A stretch of DNA of 64,000 nucleotides from Penicillus capitatus (Eukaryota; Plantae; Chlorophyta). The notes below the pieces were generated by a model. The model was not told the DNA's origin, made no database searches, and was given only the letters and a program-made list of their open reading frames with translations. The first letter of the stretch is position 1; every line of letters begins with the position of its first letter. The stretch is from the NCBI GenBank assembly GCA_965649825.1, contig OZ287713.1, forward strand, positions 303,587-367,586, given 5' to 3'. Shown one piece after another: positions 1 through 12,761 of this stretch. The position numbers and the translations under genes are program-made.

Positions 1-560
1 AGGGCTTTCGTATATCTACCAAACTCACACTTGGCGATTGGGACATTGGTATCCCTTATCTCTTGCGATGAATGACAGCGTTATGGATAAAAGAAGACGA
101 TGCGATCTCTAACACCACTGTAAGTGGAGATGACTCAAGATCTCCTCCCTCCATCGTCATCGTACGCCGTTCGCATTCCGAATCGAACAACTATCTTTGC
201 AGCGAAATCGAGCAGTTCAGAAGAAGCCACATCACTGAAAAACCTTCAGAAGAGTAAACACTTCTCCTAGGACGTGAACAACTGAAAGATGAGGATGAGC
301 CACAGAAAAAATGCGCGACACGCGAAATGGTGGCTACTCCACTTTCAAGAGCATCGCAGAGGCACGCACGCGACTGTGATGTTTCGATAATCGATCGATT
401 GGCCGCGACACGATGACGATGAACAATCACTCTTCCATGCAACACAAAACAATTAAGACAACGGGTCCAATTCCATCGTTGTCCACTGCAAAGGGTCCAA
501 AAAATCGTTTCTAAAAAGAGGAATAGACATGCAGGGATGACCGTGATGGATCGATCGTAG

Positions 561-1857
561 TTAAGCAGAATCTTTTCCGTTCTTGGATTCCTTCAGTTCC
601 TTAACGATCTCCCATGTAAAATCTGGGTCATCGCGGCCAAAGTGTCCGTAGGCAGCCGTTTTTCTGTATCTCGGTTTGAAGAGATCCAGATTCTTGCCGA
701 TCATACCCGGTCTAAAATCGAAGGTATTGATCACCTTTGCCAGAATCTCGGCATCCGGAATAGTGCCTGTGGCGTAGGTATCCACAAAAACAGAGAGAGG
801 CTCCGGAACGCCAATCGCATAAGACACTTGAATCAAACAACGTTTCGCAAATCCGCCAGCCACGACTGACTTCGCCGCCTGACGCGCAATGTACGCGCCA
901 GAACGATCGACCTGTCGCAACACCACACTCATCGCTGTCACATCACTCAAAAGTCACATCACCTTTGTCGGATCTTTGCCAGAGAAGGCACCTCCTCCGT
1001 GCGCTCCCCATCCACCATACGTATCAATAATGATCTTCCTCCCGGTCAAACCGGCATCGCCGTGCGGTCCACCGATGACAAACCTCCCGGAGGGATTCAA
1101 ATGAAAGATCGTGTCGTCGTCGATGTAGTCTTTCGGAACGACAGGTGTGATCACATGCTTCATCAGATCCGCGTGAATCTCCTTGTTGGTCACACTCTCG
1201 TCGTGCTGTGTCGAGATTAGGATGGTGTGAACGCGTCTGGGCACCATGGCCCCGTTCTCTTGTTTATACTCCACCGTCACTTGCGTCTTGCCATCCGGAC
1301 GCAGCCAAGGACAGGTCCCATTCTTGCGCACTTCTGTCAGACGGTAGCCCAGTTGCGTCGCCAACACGTGTGTCAGTGGCATCAGCTCGGGCGTCTCGTC
1401 TGTCGCGTAGCCAAACATGATGCCTTGGTCGCCGGCGCCGATCTCTTCCAATGTCTTGGTGCCGAGTCCATGGACGCCTTGGCCGATGTCGGGTGACTGC
1501 TCTTCGATGTGCACCACCACTTTGCAAGTGTCGGCGTTGAGGCCAACATCGTCCGATGTGAAACCGATCTCGCGGCATGTCTTTCGCACGATTGCCTCGT
1601 AGTCGACTTTCGCTTTTGTCGTGATCTCGCCGAAAACCATCACCATGTCCGTCTTCGTCGCCGTCTCGCAGGCCACTTTCGAGGAGGGATCGCCTTCGAG
1701 ACAGGCGTCAAGGATGGCGTCTGAGACCTTCGTCAAACGCCGGCTGTCAAACAGAGACCCGCCGACACAGAGGCGTAACCCATACCTGGTCGCAGATTTT
1801 GTCGGGATGGCCTTCGTTTACCGACTCCGAAGTGAAGAGAAAAGAGGTGCCCGTCAT
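561..1857 (-). CDS. SAMS: S-adenosylmethionine synthetase (3 exons)
   Basis: Spliced product [24 protein letters not shown]|[10 protein letters not shown]...[21 protein letters not shown]...[12 protein letters not shown]|[15 protein letters not shown]...[16 protein letters not shown] introns at 1728-1785 and 912-962. Confidence 0.97.
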
Positions 1858-2984
1858 GATGACACGCCGACCGGTCGAACTTCAGTGGTGGGAAAATGTA
1901 GTCGCGCACGAATCGCTGCCGCCGACGGGTCGCACGATGGGACAACCGCATCTGCCATGAATGGCGTCCATCAAAAACAATGTATCTAGCATTTCTCTCA
2001 AATCCGTTACGATGCCGAAGCAATGTTTAATTCGATGACGACATGATCGCATTCGGAAAGTTTTTGTTTTATGAGGGTTCAGATTGAGATCGATAACGAA
2101 ATTGAAGCATAAACAATACATCTGTGGTTTTGACGACGTCATCCGCGCCAATACGCTTGTAAAGCGTCCAACCTCACACACGATCACTCTGTCGCACGTG
2201 CACTCTTCTTTATCAGGAGTGTTGTCAACGGCGATGCTCTGTTTTGTAGTGGCAGTCACATCGACATCACTAAACTTCATCTCGTAGTTGCGGGCAAAAG
2301 TCCCTCCTGTTCCTTTTGGAGCAGAGAAAAGTTCTCCTCCCCATTCTTACGATTCCAACACTTCGAGTTAGATCGGTCCGTTTAGATAGATAGGTGTCCG
2401 TCAACATCGCTGTTGTTACGATTTCGACAGACAAACGCACGAAACATAAACGATTCTATAGCGAGAGATCGGAACAAAGCCATTGTCCCCCATTCAAATT
2501 GCGGATTTTGCGATGACTGACCCTGTAGCTGTTGTCCATCTTTCCGCAACTGGTCAAGAAGAGGCGGAGGATGATGTTAGTGCGTTCGTTGCGACGACCC
2601 GTTGGTTCGTTCTTTAACCACGTTATCCAGACCACACGTGTTTTGATAGTCTTCGTTATCGACTAGCCTTCGTCATCGTTTGCGTCTTTGCGCGTTCGCG
2701 ATAAAACCGCAACGATAGCGCTCTCATAATTGTCGTTGAAAAACGCTAGATTTGTTCGCCGCAATGACCCAAGAGGACAAGAACAAACCTTTCCTTCTGG
2801 AGAAAAAGATAAGAATTTGCCTTTAGACGGCAGTATTTGAAAGAATTCATAGATTACAGTAAGCCACATTCTAGGATAATAACGTTAATGACAGTTTTTC
2901 CTTCGAAAACAATGAAGCAAGCGGTTGGTAGGAAGACGAACTCTATCATAGGTGACGAATAGTCAATCGGAGACCCGTGTCGGC

Positions 2985-3215
2985 GATCGGGCCGGACGAA
3001 AGATTAACACAGCGGAAGGCTTTACAAACTGTTTTGAGCAAGGTCTCGAATCGTCTGGTTTCTCCCTTAAGTACCCTCTCAGTGAGGTGACTTCTATAAG
3101 CAGGTGAATCACCCTAGCGCCAGAACCAGGGAAAAGCGCCTCGGATGATTCAACCTGCACCCCCTTGAGACATGAACCCCTTAGAAACAAGACAGTCGCA
3201 TCGGCAGATCGCCAT
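2985..3215 (+). repeat. Dispersed ~230-bp repeat family, copy A
   Basis: 3100 gcaggtgaatcaccctagcgccagaaccagggaaaagcgcctcggatgattcaacc aligns by eye to the reverse complement of ~45878-45933. The cagcggaag...gagcaag and gagaca-gaacccct-agaaacaag blocks are shared with copies at 35.8-36.3 kb and 46.7 kb. Confidence 0.7.
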
Positions 3216-4495
3216 CTTGCCGACAACCCGGTTCACGTATACTGGAAACTGTCGCGCTAATGAGATGTCCGCCTGATTTTAGCAGAGGTGTCTGTGAGCG
3301 ATGGATGCTTTCGACAAAGACGGATTCGACGTAAATGAAGACAGACTGAAATTGTCGTTGATAATTGACACGTGTCTTCTTAAGAAAGTGCGCAAGGGAT
3401 TCCCGTTTCGTCGTTTCTCAATCGTATTAAGCGAAAAAACCACAGCATCCAGGATGGACAATTGGGAAATTAAAATCGGTTACAAAAGGGATATTGGAGA
3501 ATCTTGGACTGGCGGTATTATTATTCTCCTTTCGAGGTTTCTCAACTTCGTTTTCTTCGACCACGTTCGCTCGTTTTACAGCGCCAGTGTTGTGATACTT
3601 TGCACGCTGATGATGGGACGGCATACATTTTCAAAAGGCGCTGTAGATGATATCATTGTAATCGTGGTTTACAGTGCGTGCACCGAACGCCGTTAACGCG
3701 TGTCGGTACACAGAAAGAGTCCTTAACAATGTTTTACCGTTGACATTACACCACTACGATAGAAACTTATGAAATCATTTCTTAACTCCATCGACGACCT
3801 GTCGTTTTAGCGCTTCAACTAGAAGTAAGATCAATTTACGGGTCGTACTTCGCCCAATTCTCACGTTGTTCACGCAGTCTTCGTCTTTAACGAGGGAGGA
3901 GTATTTTCTTTGCGCGAAAAGGCAAGAGCATCGAAAACCGCTCGAACACACATCCGCGGTTTGGTGGTAAGAGCTACGTCTTCATTGGTTTTAACGGCGT
4001 TGCAACTGCAGTTATGATACTAGCACAGCCGAGTAGAGCTTTATCAAAGTCACGAACAAGATGAAAGAAATGTTGAGATGAAGAGGGATTACAAAAATCT
4101 GAAATCTTGTAGAGTCTATGCTTTTTAAACCTCCTCGTTCTGTCTGCCTAACTTTGTCCAAATGTCAACAGGTAACGTGTCGTGGCGCGCGTAATCGAAG
4201 GCGGCCATCGCTTTGTTAAAAGAACGATTCTGTTCTATCCATTGTCTCTGATACAGACGGCCGGATCCGAAGGACGAGTAATACGCGTGCGAACGAGATG
4301 ACAGATGGACGACATCTCTCATCATAGCGATAATAAGCTCGCATAAGGAACCCAATTCCAACTTAACACCGATAGATTGTGTCGTGTTAACGTACGTTGC
4401 TAAAAAGAGTGCTACTTATTCAGAAACCAATTTACTAGGCCAAGTTGACTGAACATGTGTTAGCCGGGTCCGACTCGACAGATTGTTTTGTTTAG

Positions 4496-4816
4496 AGATC
4501 ATTTAGCGTAAAAGAAGATCCGCCAGAAGTTGGAGAACTTGCAGTCATTGTCAAGAACACTTCATTTGCTCTTAGATATGATAAAGTAAAACGTTTACGA
4601 GAGATGGAAGTGATGGCATACTTCACAGACTATGGAGAGATCATTAACCTTAACATCGGTAAGTGTTTTTATCTTAACATCTATATGTGTTTTTGTGTCT
4701 TACTTATAAAGCGGACGGAGGGAGAACTATGCTACGCACATGTATATTTTAAGATTGCCAGAGCCATTTTGTTGAAGAAATACTTGCCAGACGTTTGCGA
4801 AAAACTGAAGAACTAG
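4496..4816 (+). other. Possible spliced ORF or pseudogene remnant in an AT-rich island
   Basis: An open exon at 4496-4658 (RSFSVKEDPPEVGELAVIVKNTSF...) lies between tttag and gtaagt splice-like sites. The next exon is not cleanly in frame, and no family is recognised. Confidence 0.2.
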
Positions 4817-6094
4817 TTAAAGCAAGAAAATTTAAAGAATCGCCCTATGTTGATTGATGTGCACAAAGCAAACACGTTGTCATTCCTGAATTTAGAGTCG
4901 TTAACTCGCGCAAGTCATGTTGTTCGTTTAGTTCGGCAATAGCTTAGGAGAAAGCCAACAGAGGTATTGCTCTATAAATACAGTGACGAAGATTGAACAG
5001 AAAGGATGCGCACGTGGAAAGCTTTCGCCAGCGCATAGTGCAAAGTTGTAGAAAGAAACGGCTTTTCATTGGCCTTGTTATAACCTATCTTCCTGCTTAT
5101 TTCAGATGACAGTGTGTGTTGCATTTTGGGAGAATGAGGACTTAATATCAAAATGCAGACATCTAGGAGTAAGACTAGAGCTAGGTCGATTTATTAGTAT
5201 TTACCAGTGAAGTCATCGTAAAATAAGTCTAGAACCTCGTCTGAGTGTAACCATGGCACGCGGTAGCTAAGACTTAAAACCACTTGTAAAGCGCGAATAC
5301 ACATTTCGTACCTCGATACGCCTTCAAGTAAAACAACTGTTTCTTTAGAAGGGCTGTGCTTGTATTGCGGCTGCCAATATGGTAATTCCGCTCTCGGGGC
5401 ATCGTGAAAGAGTGTCTGTTGTGTAATGAGGATGGTTAGAAGTAACTCTGATAATCAAGCATGGGGTAATCTCCGGTTGAAAGATCATTGCTCGTTAGCA
5501 TTCGCAATGTCTCGCTCAACAGAGGTGCGTCCTCTGTGTACATGTTCCCGTTGCCCTTTGAAAGTCTTTGTCATCTTCCTTGCATAGAAGAAGACAGAAC
5601 GTGTTCCTCGAGATCTCGGCCTCCTGTCGCAACCACTCGTGAGAAGAAGTACTGTCATTCGTACTTGAGAGTGTTTTCTCCCCCGGCACCCACTAGTCCA
5701 TCCAGTCTTGTCTACAAGAGCTGATCTGCCTGTTCCAGTGACGTATGAAGTCGTGTACACTCCGCAAAGGACTAAGGTGTAAGGACTGCCGAGAATGCGC
5801 ACCTTCATTTTCTGTTTTCTTGTTTATGAAACGCAGTGTTATTCTGTATAGCAGCGAGTGAGCACGCTCGCCATGGTGTAATATTGCGTATCCGAGTATT
5901 CCGTCCGCGAACGGCACGTTGGCCAACAGCTTCAGCCCACAGACAGCCCGTGCGTGCACTATGCCATAAACGACACGGCGACATTTGTTCCAGAACGCCA
6001 GAGTCGTACGGCGCGTCTCTTTCAATAATGCGTCATGACCGACGAAACGGGCGGTGTTGCGTCGTAGACAAGAGGGCGGTTATCGAACCTTCAA

Positions 6095-7924
6095 ATGTCG
6101 AACAGAAGCGATGTATACATCGACCTGACACTGTATTACCACGCAGACGCCCTTGACGCCATGGACAGAGTATTAGTGCGAGGACCTATCAGCAGTACGC
6201 TGGATTTCTGCGGATTCGTAACGGCGAATACGCTCTAGACAACACGAGTGTCCATCCAGAATCGTATCGCGCCGGGCTTCAGCTATAATGGAGATCTCCT
6301 ATCCCGACCGCCTGGCAGAGGAGAACGTTTCGATGGAAGATCTTCAGCAGCTCCGCGTCGTTTTGCTCGAGATACGTGGCTGGGAGAAGACATGGACATC
6401 GAGCGCCTAGCCCAGGACATGGAGGACAAACTCTAATGGTCTGTGTCCCTTTCGTTAGACGAGGATTTCAAGAGATCGATCCAGAAAAGCGCTTACTGCA
6501 TCCCGTCCAGGCACATCGACGGTTGTGTCCATGTCGCTCTCGTTCGGACGTACCGCTCCCGAGTGTTCAATTTCAGTGGATACTCAGAGTCGGATTGTTT
6601 ATTTTGATCGTCGAGAAATCCAGCTTCTAAAATGGCGTCTTCCCCTGACAGCTATGTTGCAACGGTAGGCGCCATTCTGTCCTTCCCCTTCACCGAGACC
6701 GCGCGCTTCTCTGTCATCATGCACGGACATCAAGTCCTGTGGCATCTTCGCTCTCTGCGTCTGCTTTGCCTTTCCTGAGACCGTCGGTCTGTGTCTTAGT
6801 GCGAGAGTTGCATTCGGTTGTGTCGAGACAGAGGAGCCGGGCAGAAAGCTGCAAAATCAGCGAGCACGGGTGTGTCTGGTCCATCATCGCGTATGGACAG
6901 ACAGGGGGTGTTCGGTGTAGTGGGTGACGGCGACGACTCGGGTTTTGGCGGAGATGCGTTTCGGAGTCTATTCATGGTTCAGCCGAGGATGGTCATGAAA
7001 TCTGTGCCGACGCCCAAAGCCTCTGCTCTGGCTCTTAAGCAACACACATTACCGAGCATTCAGGAATGCATACTGCCAAAACAACCAAATCTAGAATCTC
7101 CGATGCTGGGGTGCAATCTGGAGGATGAAGTGTGGAGCTTCAACAGCATCGCGAGTCGTGATAATGCGCATTTCGATCCTTCCTGGCAGCGATTCTTGAA
7201 AAATTTTGACGCCTCTGCGTTCGCCCAGGATCGCCGAGAAGACAATCTTCATGTGGGTGGGGGACAACCTTCCGCTCATCGACAAGAATCGATCTCAAAT
7301 GAAATCATGCCGTTCGACACAGACGATGTCGCGGATGTTATGTATCACGCGGTGTCTGACGTAGCCGAGGCATACGAAGAGGGAAATATTGTTACTGGAA
7401 ATAGCAACGATGAACCATATGTTACAGAACACATCGCGATTCGGAGAAAGGATGCCGGTCAGAAAAGAGAGAAGACAAAAGGCGGAGGACGCCTAGCAAC
7501 CTTTTCGCGCAAGACAGTACCCGTCACAGAGATCGGTGATGATCAGGACTCTCCATTCGGCAGGCTCTCGGCACCGTTTGACCACAGCGTTCTGCCGGTG
7601 CACGATGACGTCATGGTGGATGAGGTCGCTGTTCGAAGCCCGTCTTGGCGCATCGGCGAAGCGCAAGATCACATCGAAGAGCAGAACGGCGATCCAGAAG
7701 GGAAGGATTCTTCTTCGAGTGGCTCTTCGTTTCGCAGCCGACTGAGGTGGCTGGCGGCGCATCCGTCGTCTTCTCTCAAATCCTCCCTACGAAAGAAGGG
7801 ATCGATGCCGAATCTGAATGATGATGTGGCCATCGGAAAGACAGATACAATCCGAAAAGTTGCCGGTGTTCATGATGGCTCTAAGAAACGCCGATCGCAG
7901 TCTGAGAGATGGATCCGCGTCTGA
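6095..7924 (+). CDS. Hypothetical multi-exon protein with a long low-complexity acidic/Ser-rich C-terminal exon
   Basis: ATG at 6095 (MSNRSDVYIDLTLYYHAD...), several GT-AG introns, and a 368-codon open frame ending at 7924. No domain recognised and the exon structure is only partly resolved. Confidence 0.55.
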
Positions 7925-8708
7925 CAGCCGTATGTTCTTTCCGGTCTCTCTTTTCCTGAGATCTCTGACATGCGTTCGCTGCCTCATTGCATTTTAGTTA
8001 AGAAGGGAATAAGAAGAGTGAGGAGTGGAATTCCGGCAACGTCTATGCCTTGTTTTGGTGGTTGCTGGTTGCTCGAACGGACACGCTTCTAACCGCAAAG
8101 TATCATTCTCAAGTATTGTATCTCCCCGTGCATATGACTTCAGATGACGTGTTTCAATAATAATGATGATGATCGTGAGTGAGTGTGTGAGTGTTTGATC
8201 GACCAATAACAAATATACACTCTCTTGACTACTTACTTGTTTGCCGTACTGTCTATCGCCTGGGAACATGGGTATGTTGTTTTTCAGCGAGAATCATTCT
8301 CGCATACCTGGCAAATGAGGCCACTAGTCTGGAAATGAAGAATAGTCTTGTTGTGTGTGGATTGGAAGACGGCGATCTCCTCTTGTGAAGTTAGGATGGA
8401 ATGGTTTCTGCTCAATATGTCATCCTTCCGTGTTGATGTTACGTTCATGGCAGACTCCTACCGCCTCTTTGAGCATTGATTACCATGCAGTATTTGATTG
8501 GACATTTTCAATTGTCGAACACTGTCCTGTACAGATGGATACACAACAGAATAGACAAGTCTTAGTCAGTCACAGTCATGGTCCTCTAGCAGCACCCTGA
8601 TGCTCCACCCACCAATGCAAAAACCAACATCGCAGACATTTGATCTCGATCGAACTGAGGTCAAGAGAACAAAACCAAATGGGTAGCCCACAGAAGGCTT
8701 TACGGTAT

Positions 8709-9797
8709 TCATTCGTGGTGTTTGTTATGCTCGTATGCTTTCAATTTCATCATGATAGGCCAGTATGCCTCGATCAAGTCCTGGTTACGTTGTTGGAGGT
8801 GTTGGTTTTCACGACGGAGAGCTTCGCATTGCGATTTTATTCTGTCGAGTTCGCGGCGCAGTGACTGCTCCGTGGCGATGGCAGCGATGCGAGCTGGACA
8901 CCTGAATAAAAACCAAACCGTCCACGAATGACCTGGATGGAAGCTATGCATACTCTGACTCCGAGATGCGCGATGATTTGTCTTCCACTGGAACAGCCGA
9001 GCCATCACCAGATCTAAGTAGGTTTAACAAACAGCGGCCTGTCAAATGCTGCTTCTTGTGGGCTACGCGTTCCAACACCGCCATGAGATTCTCCGCACTC
9101 CTTGTATACATTCAGGCGGATCGATCGATGCAATGACACGCGCCGACATCAACGCCGCTACCTCTTCTCCGCAGCACATGTCTCGTATGCGCTTTGCAGA
9201 TCTGCGTGATCGTTTCGCAGACAGGCGAGTTCGCGGTCTCTGGACAAGACGAGATGCCGGAGATCGGCGATCTCGTTTCGACAGGCTTCTTGCTGCGACA
9301 GCTCATTAGCATACGCCTCGGCCTTCGATCGGTACGCCTCGGACTGTCTCTGTCATAGAAACGAAATCGAAGAGGGAGTGTCTTGATCGACGGCCTTCAT
9401 GCCTGCACAGTGTCGATTTCTTCGCACTTGCTCAGCAGCTCCTGGCTAAGGTACTCGTGAAGGCGTCGATCGTTCGAGAGCTCCGCTTGGAGCTGCACGT
9501 TCTCCCGTCGACATAGACGCAACCGCTCAGAGCTCTCGATCTTATCTCGGACAAGAATGCGAAGAACGCCACGCTGATCGTCGCTCTCTGCGATCGGATC
9601 GCTGTTCGCTAGACGGCGAAGATCGATAAGATGCGTGTACCGTCGTCGATCGCCCTTCTCCCGATCTCCTCGCGGCCCGAAGCCTGTGCCGGGTAGTGAC
9701 CATGTTGTCGAGGTGATGGCAGCGAATACGGCATCGGCGCTCGAAGACGCGCCGGAAGGACGTTCTGTTCTCCGACTCTAGGCGAAATGTCGTCCAT
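8709..9797 (-). CDS. Coiled-coil hypothetical protein (multi-exon, one GC-AG intron)
   Basis: Exons translate to heptad-like LRLCRRENVQLQAELSNDRRLHEYLSQELLSKCEEIDTVQ|RQSEAYRSKAEAYANELSQQE... and SLRRELDRIKSQCEALRRENQHLQQRNQDL. The intron at 9350-9402 begins with GC. Confidence 0.6.
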
Positions 9798-10111
9798 CGA
9801 ATCCGTTCAGAGCGGCGGCGCTGCTGTCGGCGTTAATAACGATAATCGACGCATTTGGTCGTCAACGTCGACACACACAGACCGTCGAATCGAATTCAAT
9901 CACACCATCGTTCAGAGGACGCGTCGATCGATCGACCGCAACACGCCTTTCGATTTCATCGCGAGTTCCGTCCTCTCGATCAAACTCCCGACAAACGTCG
10001 TCGATTCCTGATCACAGCCCGGGAATTTCGTTCGTGAGAAATCCAACATCTGGCGAGATTGCGTTGACCGCATTCTATCGACTGCCATCGACAGATCTCT
10101 TCCATCTGCAG

Positions 10112-10284
10112 GGAGAAAACACGCCGCTGCACTGGGCGGCAAAGCGTGGACATGTCGAGATGTCGAGCTTCTCAACAACGGCGCTAACAAGGCGACCACC
10201 AACGCCCAAGAAAAGCTGCCGATCGATCTGTGCAAAGCCGTCTGTAATCCAGCCTACAGACATACGGCTGAGATCTCGGCTTAA
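10112..10284 (+). pseudogene. Frameshifted terminal exon of an ankyrin-repeat protein
   Basis: After ctgcag the exon reads GENTPLHWAAKRGHVEM, then shifts frame at ~10161 into VELLNNGANKATTNAQEKLPIDLCK...*. No upstream ankyrin exon was found. Confidence 0.65.
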
Positions 10285-10556
10285 GCGCATAATTTCAATG
10301 CAAACGCTCACCGCTTCCGCTCGATGCCAACCTTCGCGACGTCTCTTCGTGCAAAACCGACAAACGCGGTGCGTTACACAAACAGACATGCAGCCGAATC
10401 CATTTGAAGTGCACACACGCCTTCTGCTGTGGCCGCGTCAATGATGGCGCTGTCGTGTGGCCCTTTAGAAGTTTCGACGGGTGAGGTCGCCGACACAAGA
10501 GACACGGCTAGCCGCGACCGGTAGTTCCACGACTGCGCGACGACAGGAGGCTCTCG

Positions 10557-11503
10557 ATGGACACCCTAGGTGTTCGGAGAGATTCGAAACGGCCCAGAAC
10601 CAAGAAGAAGCATCCTGCGTCCGATACACAGCCACCTGAGCCGGTACGGTGTCCACGACTCGCCGCGTACGATCGTGCACCATGCAGGGGTTGCTAGAGA
10701 AGCTCGGCGATGAACCCCTCCGCCTGATCATTGTCGGGCACAATCCGAGCGAACATGCATGGAGAAGCGGACACTACTACTCCAATCCCAGCAATCGGTC
10801 GGCCCCTCGCCTCCATCGCTTTCGAATCATTCGAGGTTCTGACAGAATGTGGAGAATCCTGCGAAAGACCGGCATCGCGCCAGATATCGTGAAATCGGCC
10901 GAAGATGACGATCTGATGCAGCCACACGCCGGCGTCGGATTCACGGATGTTGGCTGGGGAATTCCGGGAACCGACAGGTCCGTGCAACACTCAATGGCCG
11001 ACGGAAGCTCCACAGCGCTCGATCTGTGACTGTTAGCTCGCTCTTCACGTTCAAGATCCGCCGCCAGTGGAGCGAAGGGTTCCTTGACCGTCTTAAGAAG
11101 CACATCGATCGATGCAACGACACGATTGGGTGTCGGTGTGGCGAATGTGGAGCTCCGCGCGTTCTTGCTTTTGCAGGAAAGACGCACTACCTAGCCGTCT
11201 ACAACGCCACCTGCTCGTCCGATCGACGCATCAAAACGACATCTGTCGGGAAGCAAGACGCCATCCCCGAAGTGCCGATCTTGTCGACGGAGGCAGATCT
11301 GCGATGGTGGTGTGCTGTAGACCTGGAAACTGACGGAGAAGACAGAAGTGTGGGTGCTGCCCAGTACTTCGGGCGCGGCCGCTCTGACGAACGAAGAACG
11401 CGAAGGTCCGTTCTATGCACTGGCCGAGCGTCTTATGGCGTTCCCGTGGCCTGAAAGACGTCGTCCGAAATGCAACGTTCAATCTTGTACAACAGACGGT
11501 TAA
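10557..11503 (+). CDS. MUG/TDG-like (family 2) uracil-DNA glycosylase
   Basis: LRLIIVGHNPSEHAWRSGHYYSNPSNR|MWRILRKTGI, GVGFTDV, VLAFAGK and the C-terminal VWVLPSTSGAA motif. Four GT-AG introns. Confidence 0.8.
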
Positions 11504-12500
11504 TGTCACTGGCCACAGTGGGCCCTCCCTCGTCCATGTTCGCTAACTCCAATGAAAGGTCGACCGCGATCGATGCGCGGACCGCTCTTGTCCAGGGGCA
11601 TACTTCTCGAAATGCTGCCAAAACTGCAAATCGTAGGCTTCGTCATCGTTCACCTCTGTGAAGAACTCCCTTCGGAGGCCTGAGCCTCCATGTCTCCTAG
11701 AATGTCCTCGGCATGGACACGTATCTCCTCCTCGCTTGCGGCGAAGGAGACGTTGACGGGAAGACTGAGTGCCTGAATCGTCTCCGGGTTGGCTCATCTC
11801 ACAAGCGCAGCGGAAGCCTTGAAGCAAGACGAGGATGGGCAGGGATATCGGAGGCCACACCAAAAGTTGCAGCGAAGAGACAGCTTGTTACAACGACGAT
11901 AAACAGCGAGTGTTCTGACAAACAGAAACAGATTGTATGCGGTTCACAGACATAAGTGCAAACTCAGATGTCAAGCGAAAGATGTTTCACGTGTCCGACC
12001 TCGCTTAAATACTCAATCCCCGATGCGACGGCAAGAAAAACCTATGAAGTTCAAGAGTGAGTTCCCAATGAGATTCTAGAAGCTCCCAAGGAACTCCAGA
12101 ACAAACTTCATAAGAACTCATTCACAGTCGCCCTGACTTATACCTACTCATCGCGACTCAGCGGCGATGGTAAAGTCGCGCCGTCAAAGTCGCAAGAAAT
12201 ACGAAGCGACAGAAATGTCACTCGCTTCACTTCAGAAGCGCACCATACTTTGACAACCTCTACGAAACGAGAGATCCGGATTTGTGATCCTCCTCGACAC
12301 AGAGATCCACTGTCCCGTTCTTTTCGTAGCGATCTCGCCATTCTGCCGCCGTCATGGAGTGGATCCGCTTTCCGTGATTCCTAGACGGGGCGTCGGCGTC
12401 TAGGAGCAGATCTGACTGCTTGGGGCGACTCTCATCGTAATCATCGACGAAAATCGATAGGATGGGTCTCACCGAAAGACCAACACTGTCTGCCAATCGT
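11433..12500 (-). pseudogene. FDX6/FdC2-type ferredoxin relic lacking the [2Fe-2S] core
   Basis: N-terminal part (12260-12496) reads SMTAAEWRDRYEKNGTVDLCVEED and then stops. The C-terminal part (~11550-11660) reads EVNDDEAYDLQF.QHFEKYA, frameshift, LDKSGPRIDR, frameshift, VDLSLELANMDE. These match remembered algal FDX6 N- and C-terminal motifs. No CxxxxCxxC motif lies between them. Confidence 0.6.
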
Positions 12501-12761
12501 TTCGTCAGAGATTTCTCCTTCCATTCGATGCTCTCCTATCGACATTCTCCCTTTCTCTCACAACCGATCGATCGATCTCTACTTGACTGCAGCGTGAGAA
12601 AGAGGAAACGTGACGTGACGAGGTGGAAGCGAACGATCGAAGGAATCGCTCGCGTGGGCGTGAGATGGTCTTCACGATTGGAGAGAATCGAAGTTGATCG
12701 AAGGCGAAGGGATTTGGATTAAGGTCGACTCTGCCGGAGGAATCGAAGGCCGATCGAAGAG

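Noticed and set aside
5485-6025. Minus-strand ORFs with weak WD40-like wording (LLLTSGCDRR...TFKG)
   Set aside because: No consistent spliced model or repeat structure could be built.
6880-6925. Kinesin P-loop-like string SIIAYGQTGG in ORF 6739-6927
   Set aside because: It falls in a probable intron (gtgtgt...gtgtag), lacks GKT, and no other motor motifs are nearby, so it is not the missing KCBP motor.
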